Virus record (IMG/VR): IMGVR_UViG_3300006793_000017
Location: 1-64,000 of that record
Source of the DNA: a virus
Direction: 5' to 3' (one strand)
DNA: 64,000 bases
Below the pieces are notes generated by a model. That model was not told the origin of the DNA and made no database searches. It saw only the letters and a program-made list of their open reading frames with translations. Of the stretch, positions 10,801-19,799 are shown in pieces (within the stretch, counting starts at the first letter, position 1; each line of letters begins with the position of its first letter). Made by a program: the position numbers and the translations under genes.

Positions 10801-13800
10801 AATAATGCAAGATGCTGCAACTAATACTACTATTACAGCATTACAAAGTGTTGTTCCACAAATAAGAGGAACAGCAGGTAGCGCAGGTGCTTCAACATTT
10901 ATTGGTACTTCGATTGATATTATTACAGCAGTAATTGCTGATGTTAACGATCAACCAAACGTTACAATTACAGCAGCATCAAGTAATACACTTACTGCTA
11001 CAAATCACGGATTAGAAGTTGGTGACGCAATTGTAATGAGAGCTACGCACGGTACAGGTAGCGGAGCATTACACAAAACACGTAAGTATTGGGTTAAAAC
11101 TGCTCCAAATGCAAACACATTTACATTGTCTGCAACATTTGGTGGTAGTACACAAACAGTTACAGACGGATCAAGTTTAACAGTTGTAGCAAACGCTATA
11201 AACTATCCTACACTAACGAACGGTGTAACTAGTACAACTGCATTGATCACCGCTGTAGAGACCTTAGACGCAGCGCAAGAGACCGTTGTAACGGGAGTTA
11301 TCAACCACTTAAATCCAACTAATTACCATACTGACTTTACAGTACAGGCTGTTCCTAGCACAACTAGAATTGAAAGTTATGTTGGAACAAGTGCATATGC
11401 ACACACATATGTAAGTGGTGGTATTGTTACTAAAGGTGACGGAACAGTATTAAACATTACAGCAGTTACATATAATAACAGCACAGGTGTAATGGATATT
11501 ACTGTTGATGCAATACACGGATTAGCAATTGAAGATACTTACACACTAGCAAATATTGTGTTTAGTTGTAACTCTCCAAGCGGAGCAGATGTTGTATATC
11601 CAGGTGCTACTAAAACAGATGGCACTACACCAAAAGTATTATACAACCAAAGCAAATGTTTACGTGATACAAGATTAATTATGGAAGCAGTTATGTTTGA
11701 CGTTGCTACAAATAGTAACGAGCAAACAATGAGAGCTGCACTTTCATACTTGAGATCAACAGCAAAAGATGTTTATGACTTAGATCAGAAAGCAACTACA
11801 AGAAGTGCTTTTGAATATGTAAGAACACAAGCTATTGCAAATGTAGGCGGAGACGCTACAGCAATTGCACGTATCAACACACTAATGAAACACTTAGACG
11901 ATGTTGTGTACAGTGGTTCAAATGAAGGATCACCTTGTATTACTGAAGTAAGAAATGCACATCATGCTATGTTACAGATTGAAAGAAACAGAAACTTTAT
12001 TGTTGCTGAATCTACTGCATGGGTACAAGACACATACAAAGATACTGCAACTGCAACAGCAGCATCAGATGACGCTGTAACAATTAGTGATACTAGTTGG
12101 TTAAGAATTGGTACTGCAATTAAAGTTAGCGGAACAATATTAAGTGCTCCAGCAACAGTAGGCGGAAATGGTTTTGAAACAGGTGTAACTTACTATGTAA
12201 ACAAAATTATTTCAGGCACTAAATTTACAGTTGCAAAAACTAGAAACGATTCGACACCAATGTCAATTGATGATGACACAGGATCAATGACTGTTATGCT
12301 TGATTACAGCAGTGAGAAATGTGAAAGAGATATGAATAGAATACTTGACGCACTCAAGTATGATATACAATATCACGGTAACTACAAATCATTAATGGCT
12401 GCAAGATACTACGGTAACGCAGTACATGGTGTAAGAGATGGCGAAGACTTCTACTACGTAAGAAATGGTACAGGTGTTAGAAACCAAACTCTTGCAAACA
12501 TGGCAGGTGACTTACTTGCTCCAAATGCATTAGGAACTTCAAGAGTTTCAGGTGGTGCTTATGTATCACTTGATCCAGGATATGGACCAGATGATTTCTC
12601 AACATGGATTATTGAACGTTCACCATACGTACAAAACGTAACAACACTTGGTGCTGGTGCAATTGGTCAAAAGATTGATGGCGCACTACACAACGGCGGT
12701 AACGATTCGATTGTTAGTAACGACTTTACACAGGTTATATCAGACGGTATTGGTGCTTGGGTAACAAACAATGGTAGAGCAGAGCTTGTATCAGTGTTTA
12801 CATATTACTCACACGTAGGTTACTTGTCAGAAAACGGTGGTAGAATTAGAGGTACAAACGGTAACAACTCTTACGGTGACTTTGGTTCAGTAGCAGAAGG
12901 ATTTGATTCAACTGAAACTCCAAACACTGCAATTGTTGATAACAAATTCCAATTTGAAGCAACAGTTGGAAGTGTACAAACTGATAACGCACAAGAAGTT
13001 TACGCATTTGAATTTAATAATGCTGGTAACGAATACACTAACGCAAGTTGGTTAATTTCAGGTGCTGGTACAGGTGCAACAGCAGAGCCAGATGAATTTA
13101 GAGATGGCGGTGTACACCAAATTTTCCTACAAGATAACGTAGACGATAGTACTAATGCTCCAGAAGCAGATGGTAACTTCGGTGGATTTGGTTATATTAC
13201 TAACTCAAACACTGCACAGGCTGGTTCTTCAACAAGCATTACACTTGCTGCAACAGACGCAGAGATTAGTTCAGCATACCTTGGTATGAGAGTTAATGTT
13301 ACAGGTGGTGCTGGTGTTGGACAGTACGGTATTATTGCTTCATATAACAGTGGTACTAAAATTGCAGGAGTTACTAAAGAGTCAACAGGCGCAGCTGGAT
13401 TTGATCACATTGTAGCTGGTACAGCAATTGTTGCTCCGGATGCTTCGTCAACATACACAGTTGAACCAAGAGCGGTATTTAGTGCTCCAACTGATAGTTC
13501 AGAAGGTGTAACACTTCCTACAAGTGGTGCATGGCAAGATGTATTGCATGGCGGACGCACAGGAGTTTACTTACCAAGTGCAACATATAATAACAGTGGT
13601 GGTTCAGGTGCTAGTTTCCAAGTTGTTAAAAACGGTGGAAAATACATTACAACAATTGTAAGTGGCGGAACAAAATATACACGTTACGATACATTTACTA
13701 TTGCTGGTAACAATGTAGGCGGCGCAGCAACCACAAACGATATTACAGTAACAGTTGTGTCAGTAGATGCTAACGGTGTAATTTTAGAAATTGAAACAGC

Positions 13801-15721
13801 AGGACAAGCTCAAGAAGGTGTATGGGTAGCTGTTAAATCAAGTGCAGCAGCAGGTGCTTACAGTACCGATGGTAAAACTTGGACAGCAAACGTTATGCCA
13901 AATGCTAACTGGACATCAATAGCACACGGAATGATCGACGATGGATCAACTGTAGCATTGCAAAGTAGATTTGTTGCAGTAGCAACAGGTAGTGCAACAG
14001 CAGCATACTCCGATGACGGTGTTACATGGTCAACTGCTACTATGCCATCAAGTGGAACATGGACTGATGTTACATATGGCGAAGGCAAGTTTGTTGCAGT
14101 ACAAGCAGGATCAGCTACAGTTGCTATTTCATTAGATGGTGTTGAGTGGGATATTACAGGAACACTTAACAACACTGGACATACAAGAATTGTATACGGT
14201 AAAGGATTGTTTGTAGCAATTAAACCAAGTTCAAATACAGTTGAATATTCAACTGACGCTGTAACTTGGACAGCATCAACACTTCCAGCAAGTAGTGCTT
14301 GGACAGATGTTTCATGGGGTAACGGACACTTTGTTGCAGTTGCAAGTGATACAAACACAGGTGCTATGTCGTTAGATGGCGCAACATGGGTAGCGATGCC
14401 AATGGGTGCTCCAGACTCAACAGCAGTTTCAGGATTGCAAAGAGTTGAATACGGACAAGGGCAGTTTGTTGCTACAGCATATATTGATGGACTAGACGGC
14501 TTTAACGATGTTGCTACATCGCAAGACGGATTTAACTGGACATGGAAATCACTAGAAGGTGTAACTGGAGATCAAGTAGGTGAAGGTTACCAAGCATGTG
14601 GATTTGGTGTATCAGATAGAAAAGGTTACTGGGTAACAATACCAGTTGTATCAGGAGCAATTGCTTCAAGATCAAGACTAGGTGTTACTGCTAGAGCAAG
14701 AACATTTGTTGCACAGAACAAGATCTTTTCAGTTAGAATATTAGAGCCTGGATCAGGATACGATAGTGTTCCAACACTAACAATTACTGACCCAAGTGAA
14801 ATTTACGCTGTACCATTTGTAGTTAGAATTGGTAATGGTGTGTTAGCTAACCCAACATTTATTAGCAGAGGAACTGGATATGTTTCAGCTTCCGCTGACT
14901 TAGTAGGTGGTGATGGATTTGCTGACTTCTTCCAAAGCGGTACGTTCATTGCTGTTAGACAACTTACAGATATTCCGGTAACAGGATCAAATGTTGTGTT
15001 TGGACATTTACCAAATGAAACATTTAAACTTGTTAACATTGTAACACAACTTGGTACAAACCCAGGTGCGTACACATGTTTCTTACAAATATCACCGGAC
15101 ATGAAAGTTATTAATGTTCCTGCACACGGTACTAGTGTAACAACTAGAATTAAGTACTCGCAGGTACGTTTAACAGGACACGACTTCCTAGATATTGGTA
15201 CAGGTAACTTTACTGAAACCAACTATCCAGGACTTCCAACACAAGATCCAATACAAGCTAACGAAACTAGGGAACGTGCTGGTGGTAGAGTATTCTACAC
15301 AGCAACTGACCAAGATGGTAACTTTAGAGTTGGTGGATTGTTTAGTGTTGAACAGTCAACTGGTGTTGCAACATTGAATGCTGATGCATTTAACATTGCA
15401 GGACTACAAGAACTTACACTTGGTGAAGTTACGCTAGGTGGAGGATCTGCTTCAATTGAAGAATTTAGTACAGACCCATTCTTCACAGCAGATAGTGATA
15501 GTGTTGTACCAACACAAAGAGCTATTAAGGCTTACATCAGTTCACAAATTGGTGGCGGTGGTGCATCACTTAACGTAAATAGTGTTACAGCAGGTGCAAT
15601 TTATATTGCTGGAACACAAATAACTACAACTACACAAGCGCCAATTCAAGTTAATGCTAACATGAATTTCAAAGGTGGAGTTAGAGGACTACCAATTGCT
15701 TGGTCGTACTTCTTAAACTAG
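7895..15721 (+). CDS. giant virion structural/tail protein, paralog of 2238..7826
   Basis: 2608 aa with the same architecture (MAEFKLGRIRF start, W repeats, SPYVQNVT..G..GQKIDG, propeller, HDFLDIGTGNF) plus four helical CxRD repeats. TAAATA at 7862 and SD GGAG upstream. Confidence 0.8.
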   Translation: MAEFKLGRIRFVWKGDWSAPTVYYKDDVVRYGGKTYICTTGHTSDSDFYVDLNVSPSRWNQMTDGQDWKGDWATSTYYKTNDLVKYGGQIYICSTPHTSAATASLGLENDLGKWTAFAEGFDWKSDWNVSIRYKINDLVRYGATTYVCNEGHTSAATASDGLENDQSKWDIFNQGLEYKGAWTGNTRYKYNDIVKQGAGTYICTTQHTSNASDFTADSSNWSQFIEGFEYENAWSNSTVYQPGDVVSYGGNQYVAKVYHTGSTNPSTDTTNFALFGKGFDFQNNWSNATDYKVGQVVAVNGQSYVATVDSPSNDFTISESSNTTNKFTTASTTGMAVGMSVYFSGAVYGNVNEGATYYIKTVDDATTFTISIAHGGTVFTPALGTGSMTARVAAHPIEPNYWSKLSSGFYWAGTWQDDYEYEVGDCVKFGDNAYVCISKHRSEGDDGSTIGAAGGGADNSRPDQDTTGTYWNQMITGSETSLLTTKGDLVYYGGAGVARLPIGVEGQVLQAGANYPEWRSMGANDYVYYVATHGKDAPYPVHGATIDKPFKTIRYACEAVLHGPRHPEARHLLEMNRAFVQREVTEWITYQIANAASGSIWENFDYEDDRCERDVGLVLDAMIYDMCHGGNKRSRGAANAFVGALYEAPYNTGPYSNLATEAANSAEAYAYMSTLVDHVLAQTDPAVNYQTTNGDNSTAIVSQFKTSTLIAEASSNTVLAANLKIITDAIAAGNADNIPARYVPQNTIKIKTGQYREIGPIIVPENTVVLGDEVRSTNVGPSGPITDKTDARYTMNALGHLEPIIGDIIKGASVTKTTGNAYSQDIAVPFADTVEETHVERLVRTMQQNIDFRVGEFELRNSADPTGYNSSFLSGYGDARARLRENKHFFKEELIAFIAANYPNVKYSKMKCRQDVGYIVDSICYDLTYGGKSQSRIAAMAYYDGAAGALQIDSTETAATIAAYNKLKAIMQDAATNTTITALQSVVPQIRGTAGSAGASTFIGTSIDIITAVIADVNDQPNVTITAASSNTLTATNHGLEVGDAIVMRATHGTGSGALHKTRKYWVKTAPNANTFTLSATFGGSTQTVTDGSSLTVVANAINYPTLTNGVTSTTALITAVETLDAAQETVVTGVINHLNPTNYHTDFTVQAVPSTTRIESYVGTSAYAHTYVSGGIVTKGDGTVLNITAVTYNNSTGVMDITVDAIHGLAIEDTYTLANIVFSCNSPSGADVVYPGATKTDGTTPKVLYNQSKCLRDTRLIMEAVMFDVATNSNEQTMRAALSYLRSTAKDVYDLDQKATTRSAFEYVRTQAIANVGGDATAIARINTLMKHLDDVVYSGSNEGSPCITEVRNAHHAMLQIERNRNFIVAESTAWVQDTYKDTATATAASDDAVTISDTSWLRIGTAIKVSGTILSAPATVGGNGFETGVTYYVNKIISGTKFTVAKTRNDSTPMSIDDDTGSMTVMLDYSSEKCERDMNRILDALKYDIQYHGNYKSLMAARYYGNAVHGVRDGEDFYYVRNGTGVRNQTLANMAGDLLAPNALGTSRVSGGAYVSLDPGYGPDDFSTWIIERSPYVQNVTTLGAGAIGQKIDGALHNGGNDSIVSNDFTQVISDGIGAWVTNNGRAELVSVFTYYSHVGYLSENGGRIRGTNGNNSYGDFGSVAEGFDSTETPNTAIVDNKFQFEATVGSVQTDNAQEVYAFEFNNAGNEYTNASWLISGAGTGATAEPDEFRDGGVHQIFLQDNVDDSTNAPEADGNFGGFGYITNSNTAQAGSSTSITLAATDAEISSAYLGMRVNVTGGAGVGQYGIIASYNSGTKIAGVTKESTGAAGFDHIVAGTAIVAPDASSTYTVEPRAVFSAPTDSSEGVTLPTSGAWQDVLHGGRTGVYLPSATYNNSGGSGASFQVVKNGGKYITTIVSGGTKYTRYDTFTIAGNNVGGAATTNDITVTVVSVDANGVILEIETAGQAQEGVWVAVKSSAAAGAYSTDGKTWTANVMPNANWTSIAHGMIDDGSTVALQSRFVAVATGSATAAYSDDGVTWSTATMPSSGTWTDVTYGEGKFVAVQAGSATVAISLDGVEWDITGTLNNTGHTRIVYGKGLFVAIKPSSNTVEYSTDAVTWTASTLPASSAWTDVSWGNGHFVAVASDTNTGAMSLDGATWVAMPMGAPDSTAVSGLQRVEYGQGQFVATAYIDGLDGFNDVATSQDGFNWTWKSLEGVTGDQVGEGYQACGFGVSDRKGYWVTIPVVSGAIASRSRLGVTARARTFVAQNKIFSVRILEPGSGYDSVPTLTITDPSEIYAVPFVVRIGNGVLANPTFISRGTGYVSASADLVGGDGFADFFQSGTFIAVRQLTDIPVTGSNVVFGHLPNETFKLVNIVTQLGTNPGAYTCFLQISPDMKVINVPAHGTSVTTRIKYSQVRLTGHDFLDIGTGNFTETNYPGLPTQDPIQANETRERAGGRVFYTATDQDGNFRVGGLFSVEQSTGVATLNADAFNIAGLQELTLGEVTLGGGSASIEEFSTDPFFTADSDSVVPTQRAIKAYISSQIGGGGASLNVNSVTAGAIYIAGTQITTTTQAPIQVNANMNFKGGVRGLPIAWSYFLN

Positions 15722-15746
15722 AAATATATAAACGGAGAAAAAGAAA

Positions 15747-16067
15747 ATGGCAACAGGAATTTTAGGGACAGCAGACCTTGCAGCGGCTACTGATACTACC
15801 CTATACACAGTACCTGCAGATCACTTTAGCGTAGTAACGGTAAATATCTGTAATAGGTCTTCAAGTGCTGCAACAGTAAGGATAGCAGTTAGTTCATCTG
15901 GAACACCAGCAGACGCAGATTATATTGAATATGATTCTCAAATTTCTGCAAACGGTGTACTAGAAAGAACAGGTATAGTGCTTGACGCATCTAAGGTCGT
16001 TGTTGTAAGATCAAACGCAATTAACGTATCAGCTGTGTGCTTAGGTATTGAAACTTCAACAGCATAA
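15747..16067 (+). CDS. small virion protein (putative fibre adaptor)
   Basis: 106 aa with TLYTVP..VVTVNICN motif, a pattern common after marine phage fibre genes; SD GGAG. Confidence 0.7.
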   Translation: MATGILGTADLAAATDTTLYTVPADHFSVVTVNICNRSSSAATVRIAVSSSGTPADADYIEYDSQISANGVLERTGIVLDASKVVVVRSNAINVSAVCLGIETSTA

Positions 16068-16079
16068 GGAGAGATAAAC

Positions 16080-16538
16080 ATGGGAAGAATAGTAGGACAA
16101 GGACTTAACGATCAGCCAGTTATTGCATCTGGCACTACTGCTCAACGCCCTCCTAGTGCTAACTCTGGTGCTTTATATTATAATACTTCTAAAAATATTT
16201 TAGAAATTTATAACCATAACGCGGTACAATGGCACGTAGTTGGAGAATTACCGAGAGTAGTAATTACATCTGCAACAGCAGCTATGTCAAATACATTCTA
16301 TATTGTTAACAGTGCAGGCGGACCAGTTACGGTAACATTACCGGGTTCTCCAGTCGAAGGTGATACAGTTAAGTTTCAAGATTACTCAGGAACATTTGGT
16401 AGTAATAACTTAACAGTTGGAGCCAACGGTAAAAAAATTATGCGTACAAGCGACAATATGACTGTAAGTACTAATGGTGCATCATTTACACTAGAGTACA
16501 CTGACGAAGCAAGTGGTTGGTTAGTAGCATCAATTTAA
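16080..16538 (+). CDS. short tail fibre-like protein
   Basis: 152 aa with 'GTTAQRP..G.LYYNT' and 'TVTLPGSP..GD.V.F.D..G.F..NNLTV..NG..I' fibre modules. Confidence 0.7.
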   Translation: MGRIVGQGLNDQPVIASGTTAQRPPSANSGALYYNTSKNILEIYNHNAVQWHVVGELPRVVITSATAAMSNTFYIVNSAGGPVTVTLPGSPVEGDTVKFQDYSGTFGSNNLTVGANGKKIMRTSDNMTVSTNGASFTLEYTDEASGWLVASI

Positions 16539-16555
16539 CAGGAGCATAGAAGAAA

Positions 16556-17407
16556 ATGGCATTTGATTATCAAAGTTTGAAAAAAGTTACAGGGGCTGCA
16601 ATTGTGGACGGTAGTCTAGCTCAGGCAGACTTAGCGAATACAACTGTAACAGGAACAAACATTGCTACCGGAGCCGTTGGGTCTGACGAAATGGCAACAG
16701 GTGCTGTTGATCTTGGAAGTGCTAAAGCAACAGGTGCATTATCAGTTGCACAAGGTGGTCTAGGTATTAACAGTGGTAGCGGAGCATATAGAGCTGTAAG
16801 AAGCACAGGCTCAGCACTAACTACTGATCAACATGGTATTGCAAGTATGAATGTTTATACAGGTAATAGTACATGGAGTAGACCAAGTGGTGTACGATAC
16901 ATTAGAGTACAAGTACAAGGTGCTGGTGGTGGCGGAAGCGGCCACGGAGAAGGTGGTGCTGCTGGCGGATATGCAGAAAAATTTATTGATGTAACAGGAA
17001 TTAGTTCAGTTTCAGTTAGCATTGGTGGTGGAGGTGGTGGTACATACTACTCCGGTGCTGGTGGTAATGGTAATGGTTCTAGTTTTGGTCCATATGTAAG
17101 TGCAAGTGGTGGACACGGAGCAAACAGACAAAACCAACACAGTGGTGGAGTTAGCGGAAATGGATCAGGTGGTAACTTGAATATCCATACAGGTGGCGGA
17201 TTTAGTCACCACGCTTATAGTGCTCAGAGTACAGCAAACACATACTTTGGTGGAGGTGCTCCAGGTAATCACCCACAAGGTGGACACTTTGCACACAATC
17301 ATCAAAATCATTGTACACAAGGTTCAGGCGGAGCAGGAGCTCACTTCCATGGACATAGGGGTTCAGATGGTAGACCTGGCATGATTATTGTGACTAACTA
17401 CTATTAA
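16556..17407 (+). CDS. Gly/His-rich tail tip/adhesin-like protein A
   Basis: 283 aa; N-terminal 10-residue fibre repeats, then a glycine-rich domain (W.RPSGVRYI.V.VQGAGGGG...G.PG.I.V..Y) with His-rich loops. Confidence 0.75.
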   Translation: MAFDYQSLKKVTGAAIVDGSLAQADLANTTVTGTNIATGAVGSDEMATGAVDLGSAKATGALSVAQGGLGINSGSGAYRAVRSTGSALTTDQHGIASMNVYTGNSTWSRPSGVRYIRVQVQGAGGGGSGHGEGGAAGGYAEKFIDVTGISSVSVSIGGGGGGTYYSGAGGNGNGSSFGPYVSASGGHGANRQNQHSGGVSGNGSGGNLNIHTGGGFSHHAYSAQSTANTYFGGGAPGNHPQGGHFAHNHQNHCTQGSGGAGAHFHGHRGSDGRPGMIIVTNYY

Positions 17408-17422
17408 GGAGTATGAGAGAGA

Positions 17423-18280
17423 ATGGCATTTAATTATCAAACACTGAAAAATTTAACAAATACCTCCTTAGATGGTGCTACAGTTACTGGTGCAGATTTA
17501 GGCACAGATTCAGTTACAAATGCAAAATTAGCGAACGGTGCTATTACTAGTGATAAGATGGCAGCTGGTGCTGTTAACTTAGGCGGTAGTGTAGTTTCTG
17601 GTACAGCGGCATTTAATAAAGGTGGTACAGGACAAACTAGTGTTGGTGGAGCATACCAAGCACTAACAATGAATTCAAGTAATAACAACTTAACCTTTAC
17701 ACCAACAGGTATTAGAGGTATGAGTGTTTATACAAGTACAGGTACTTGGAACAAACCAAGTGGCGTACGATATATTTTAGTACAAGTACAAGCCGGAGGC
17801 GGCGGTGGTTCAGGACATGGTGAATCAGGAGCAGCAGGTGGATATTCAGAAAGAGTACTTGACGTAACAAGTATTAGCTCAGTGAGCTGTAATGTTGGCG
17901 GTGGAGGTGGTGGTACATACTACTCTGGTGCTGCCGGTAACGGAAGTGGATCAAGTTTTGGTCCATACTTATCAGCTGGTGGCGGACACGGTGCTAATAG
18001 ACATAATCAACATAATGGCGGATTACCTGGTGTTGGATCAGGTGGTAACCTAAACATCTATTGTGGTGCAGGCGGAAGTCACGAACAACGTTCAGCAGGA
18101 ATGGGTGGTGCTAGTTTCTTTGGTGGACCAGGTCCATCAGGACACCCACAAGGTGGACACTTTGCACATAACCACCAAGGACATAGTTCACCAGGAACAG
18201 GTGGAACATCAGGATACTTTAGTGGACACAGAGGTGCTGACGGTAGACCGGGAATCATAATTGTAACGGAGTTCTATTAA
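17423..18280 (+). CDS. Gly/His-rich tail tip/adhesin-like protein B
   Basis: 285 aa; collinear paralog of A and C. Confidence 0.75.
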   Translation: MAFNYQTLKNLTNTSLDGATVTGADLGTDSVTNAKLANGAITSDKMAAGAVNLGGSVVSGTAAFNKGGTGQTSVGGAYQALTMNSSNNNLTFTPTGIRGMSVYTSTGTWNKPSGVRYILVQVQAGGGGGSGHGESGAAGGYSERVLDVTSISSVSCNVGGGGGGTYYSGAAGNGSGSSFGPYLSAGGGHGANRHNQHNGGLPGVGSGGNLNIYCGAGGSHEQRSAGMGGASFFGGPGPSGHPQGGHFAHNHQGHSSPGTGGTSGYFSGHRGADGRPGIIIVTEFY

Positions 18281-18281
18281 A

Positions 18282-19136
18282 ATGGCATTTAACTATCAAA
18301 CACTAAAGCAGTACACAGGTGATGCATTTATTGATGCAACTCTAACAGGATCAAAGATAGCAGCAGGCGCAGTTGCAGCAGACGACATTGCATCAGGTGC
18401 TGTTGATGCAAACAAATTAGCAGACGGTGCAGTTAACTTAGGTTCAAATGTAGTTACAGGTACAGTTCCAGTAAGTGGAGGTGGTACAGGACTTACAAGT
18501 GTTGGAGGAAATAATACTATTCTTTCTGCAAACTCTTCAGGTAACGCATTAGAATATAGAAACGAAGGTTTCTCAGGTATTCAAGTTTTTACAGGTAACG
18601 GTACTTGGAACAGACCAAGTGGCGTAAGATACATTAGAGTTAAACTAGTTGGCGGAGGCGGTGGCGCAAGTGGTCACGGAGAGTCAGGCGGCGCTGGTGG
18701 ATACTCAGAAAGAATAATGGATGTAACAGGAATCAGCTCAGTTGGTATTACAATTGGCGGTGGTGGCGGAGGTACTTATTACTCTGGTGCTGGTGGTAAT
18801 GGTAACACAACTAGTTTTGGGCCTTATATGTCAGCAGGCGGTGGACATGGGGCTAACAGACAAAACCAACACTCGGGTGGTGTAAGTGGAAACGGTAATG
18901 GCGGAAACTTAAATATTCACCAAGGTGGAGGTGGTTGTCATCACCACTCGTTTGGTCCAGGTGGATCAACATATTTCGGTGGTGCAGCACCGTCAGGGCA
19001 TCCACAGGGTGGACACTTTGCACACAATCATCAAGGACACAGTGCGCCGGGTACAGGTGGTACAGGCGGGTATTTCCATGGACATAGAGGTTCAGACGGA
19101 AGACCAGGTATTGTAGTCGTTGAGGAATATAAGTAA
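18282..19136 (+). CDS. Gly/His-rich tail tip/adhesin-like protein C
   Basis: 284 aa; collinear paralog of A and B. Confidence 0.75.
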   Translation: MAFNYQTLKQYTGDAFIDATLTGSKIAAGAVAADDIASGAVDANKLADGAVNLGSNVVTGTVPVSGGGTGLTSVGGNNTILSANSSGNALEYRNEGFSGIQVFTGNGTWNRPSGVRYIRVKLVGGGGGASGHGESGGAGGYSERIMDVTGISSVGITIGGGGGGTYYSGAGGNGNTTSFGPYMSAGGGHGANRQNQHSGGVSGNGNGGNLNIHQGGGGCHHHSFGPGGSTYFGGAAPSGHPQGGHFAHNHQGHSAPGTGGTGGYFHGHRGSDGRPGIVVVEEYK

Positions 19137-19167
19137 TAAATAAAAGACAATAGGAGTATATTAAACC

Positions 19168-19683
19168 ATGAAAAAAGCACTTATAGGATATCAAGGTTGG
19201 GTTCAAGACATTAGAGAGCCCGGCGAAGAATTTGAAATCTACAATGGTCCTGACGCATCAATCCAGTGGGTAGATGCTCCAGATGAGATCACTTTAGATT
19301 GGACATTAGAATGGTCCCCACAACAACAGCAAATGATTTGGGTAGAAAGAGACGGCCCATACACACAAGATTCAGAAGCACGTAGAGTTGCTTATGGTGA
19401 AGTTGGTGAACAGTTAGATATGATTTTCCACGAAGTTCAAGAATCAGGAAGTATTTCTGCTTCAGGACCGTGGGCATCACACATTTCTACAGTAAAATCA
19501 ATGATTCCAGCACCAGCAGCACCAGAACTAATCACTGAAGAAGAAGCAATGGTTAGAAGAAATACTACAGAACCAAGCGAAAATAAGCCATGTAATTCAA
19601 GCACTTCGGACTTACCAGCTTGGAAAAGATACAGCGGTTGGACTGATAAATCAAACGATCCAGTTCCAGGCATTAACCAGTAA
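19168..19683 (+). CDS. putative tail fibre assembly/chaperone-like protein
   Basis: 171 aa. The 'R..AY..V.EQLDMI...W..HI..VK..P' motif is typical of proteins downstream of marine phage fibres. TAAATA at 19137 and SD AGGAG upstream. Confidence 0.5.
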   Translation: MKKALIGYQGWVQDIREPGEEFEIYNGPDASIQWVDAPDEITLDWTLEWSPQQQQMIWVERDGPYTQDSEARRVAYGEVGEQLDMIFHEVQESGSISASGPWASHISTVKSMIPAPAAPELITEEEAMVRRNTTEPSENKPCNSSTSDLPAWKRYSGWTDKSNDPVPGINQ

Positions 19684-19707
19684 AAACGTAAGTATACTCC
19701 AAATATT

Positions 19708-19732
19708 AAAAGGCTCTTCGGAGCCTTTTTTT
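19708..19732 (+). terminator. rho-independent terminator
   Basis: AAAAGGCTC-TTCG-GAGCCTTTTTTT: a cUUCGg tetraloop stem followed by a U tract. Confidence 0.9.
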
Positions 19733-19755
19733 ATTTCTGCCCTCTCTACCATAGG

Positions 19756-19762
19756 ATAAATA
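19756..19762 (+). promoter_or_regulatory. late promoter core ATAAATA for the left arm of the enzyme island
   Basis: Motif lies directly after the terminator and upstream of the SD (AAGGA) of 19800. Confidence 0.6.
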
Positions 19763-19799
19763 ATAGTAGTATATTATAAAATACACCAAAGGAAAAGAT

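Noticed and set aside
16556-19136. Diversity-generating retroelement acting on the three tip paralogs
   Set aside because: There is no reverse transcriptase in the window, no non-coding template repeat, and the differences between copies are not adenine-specific.
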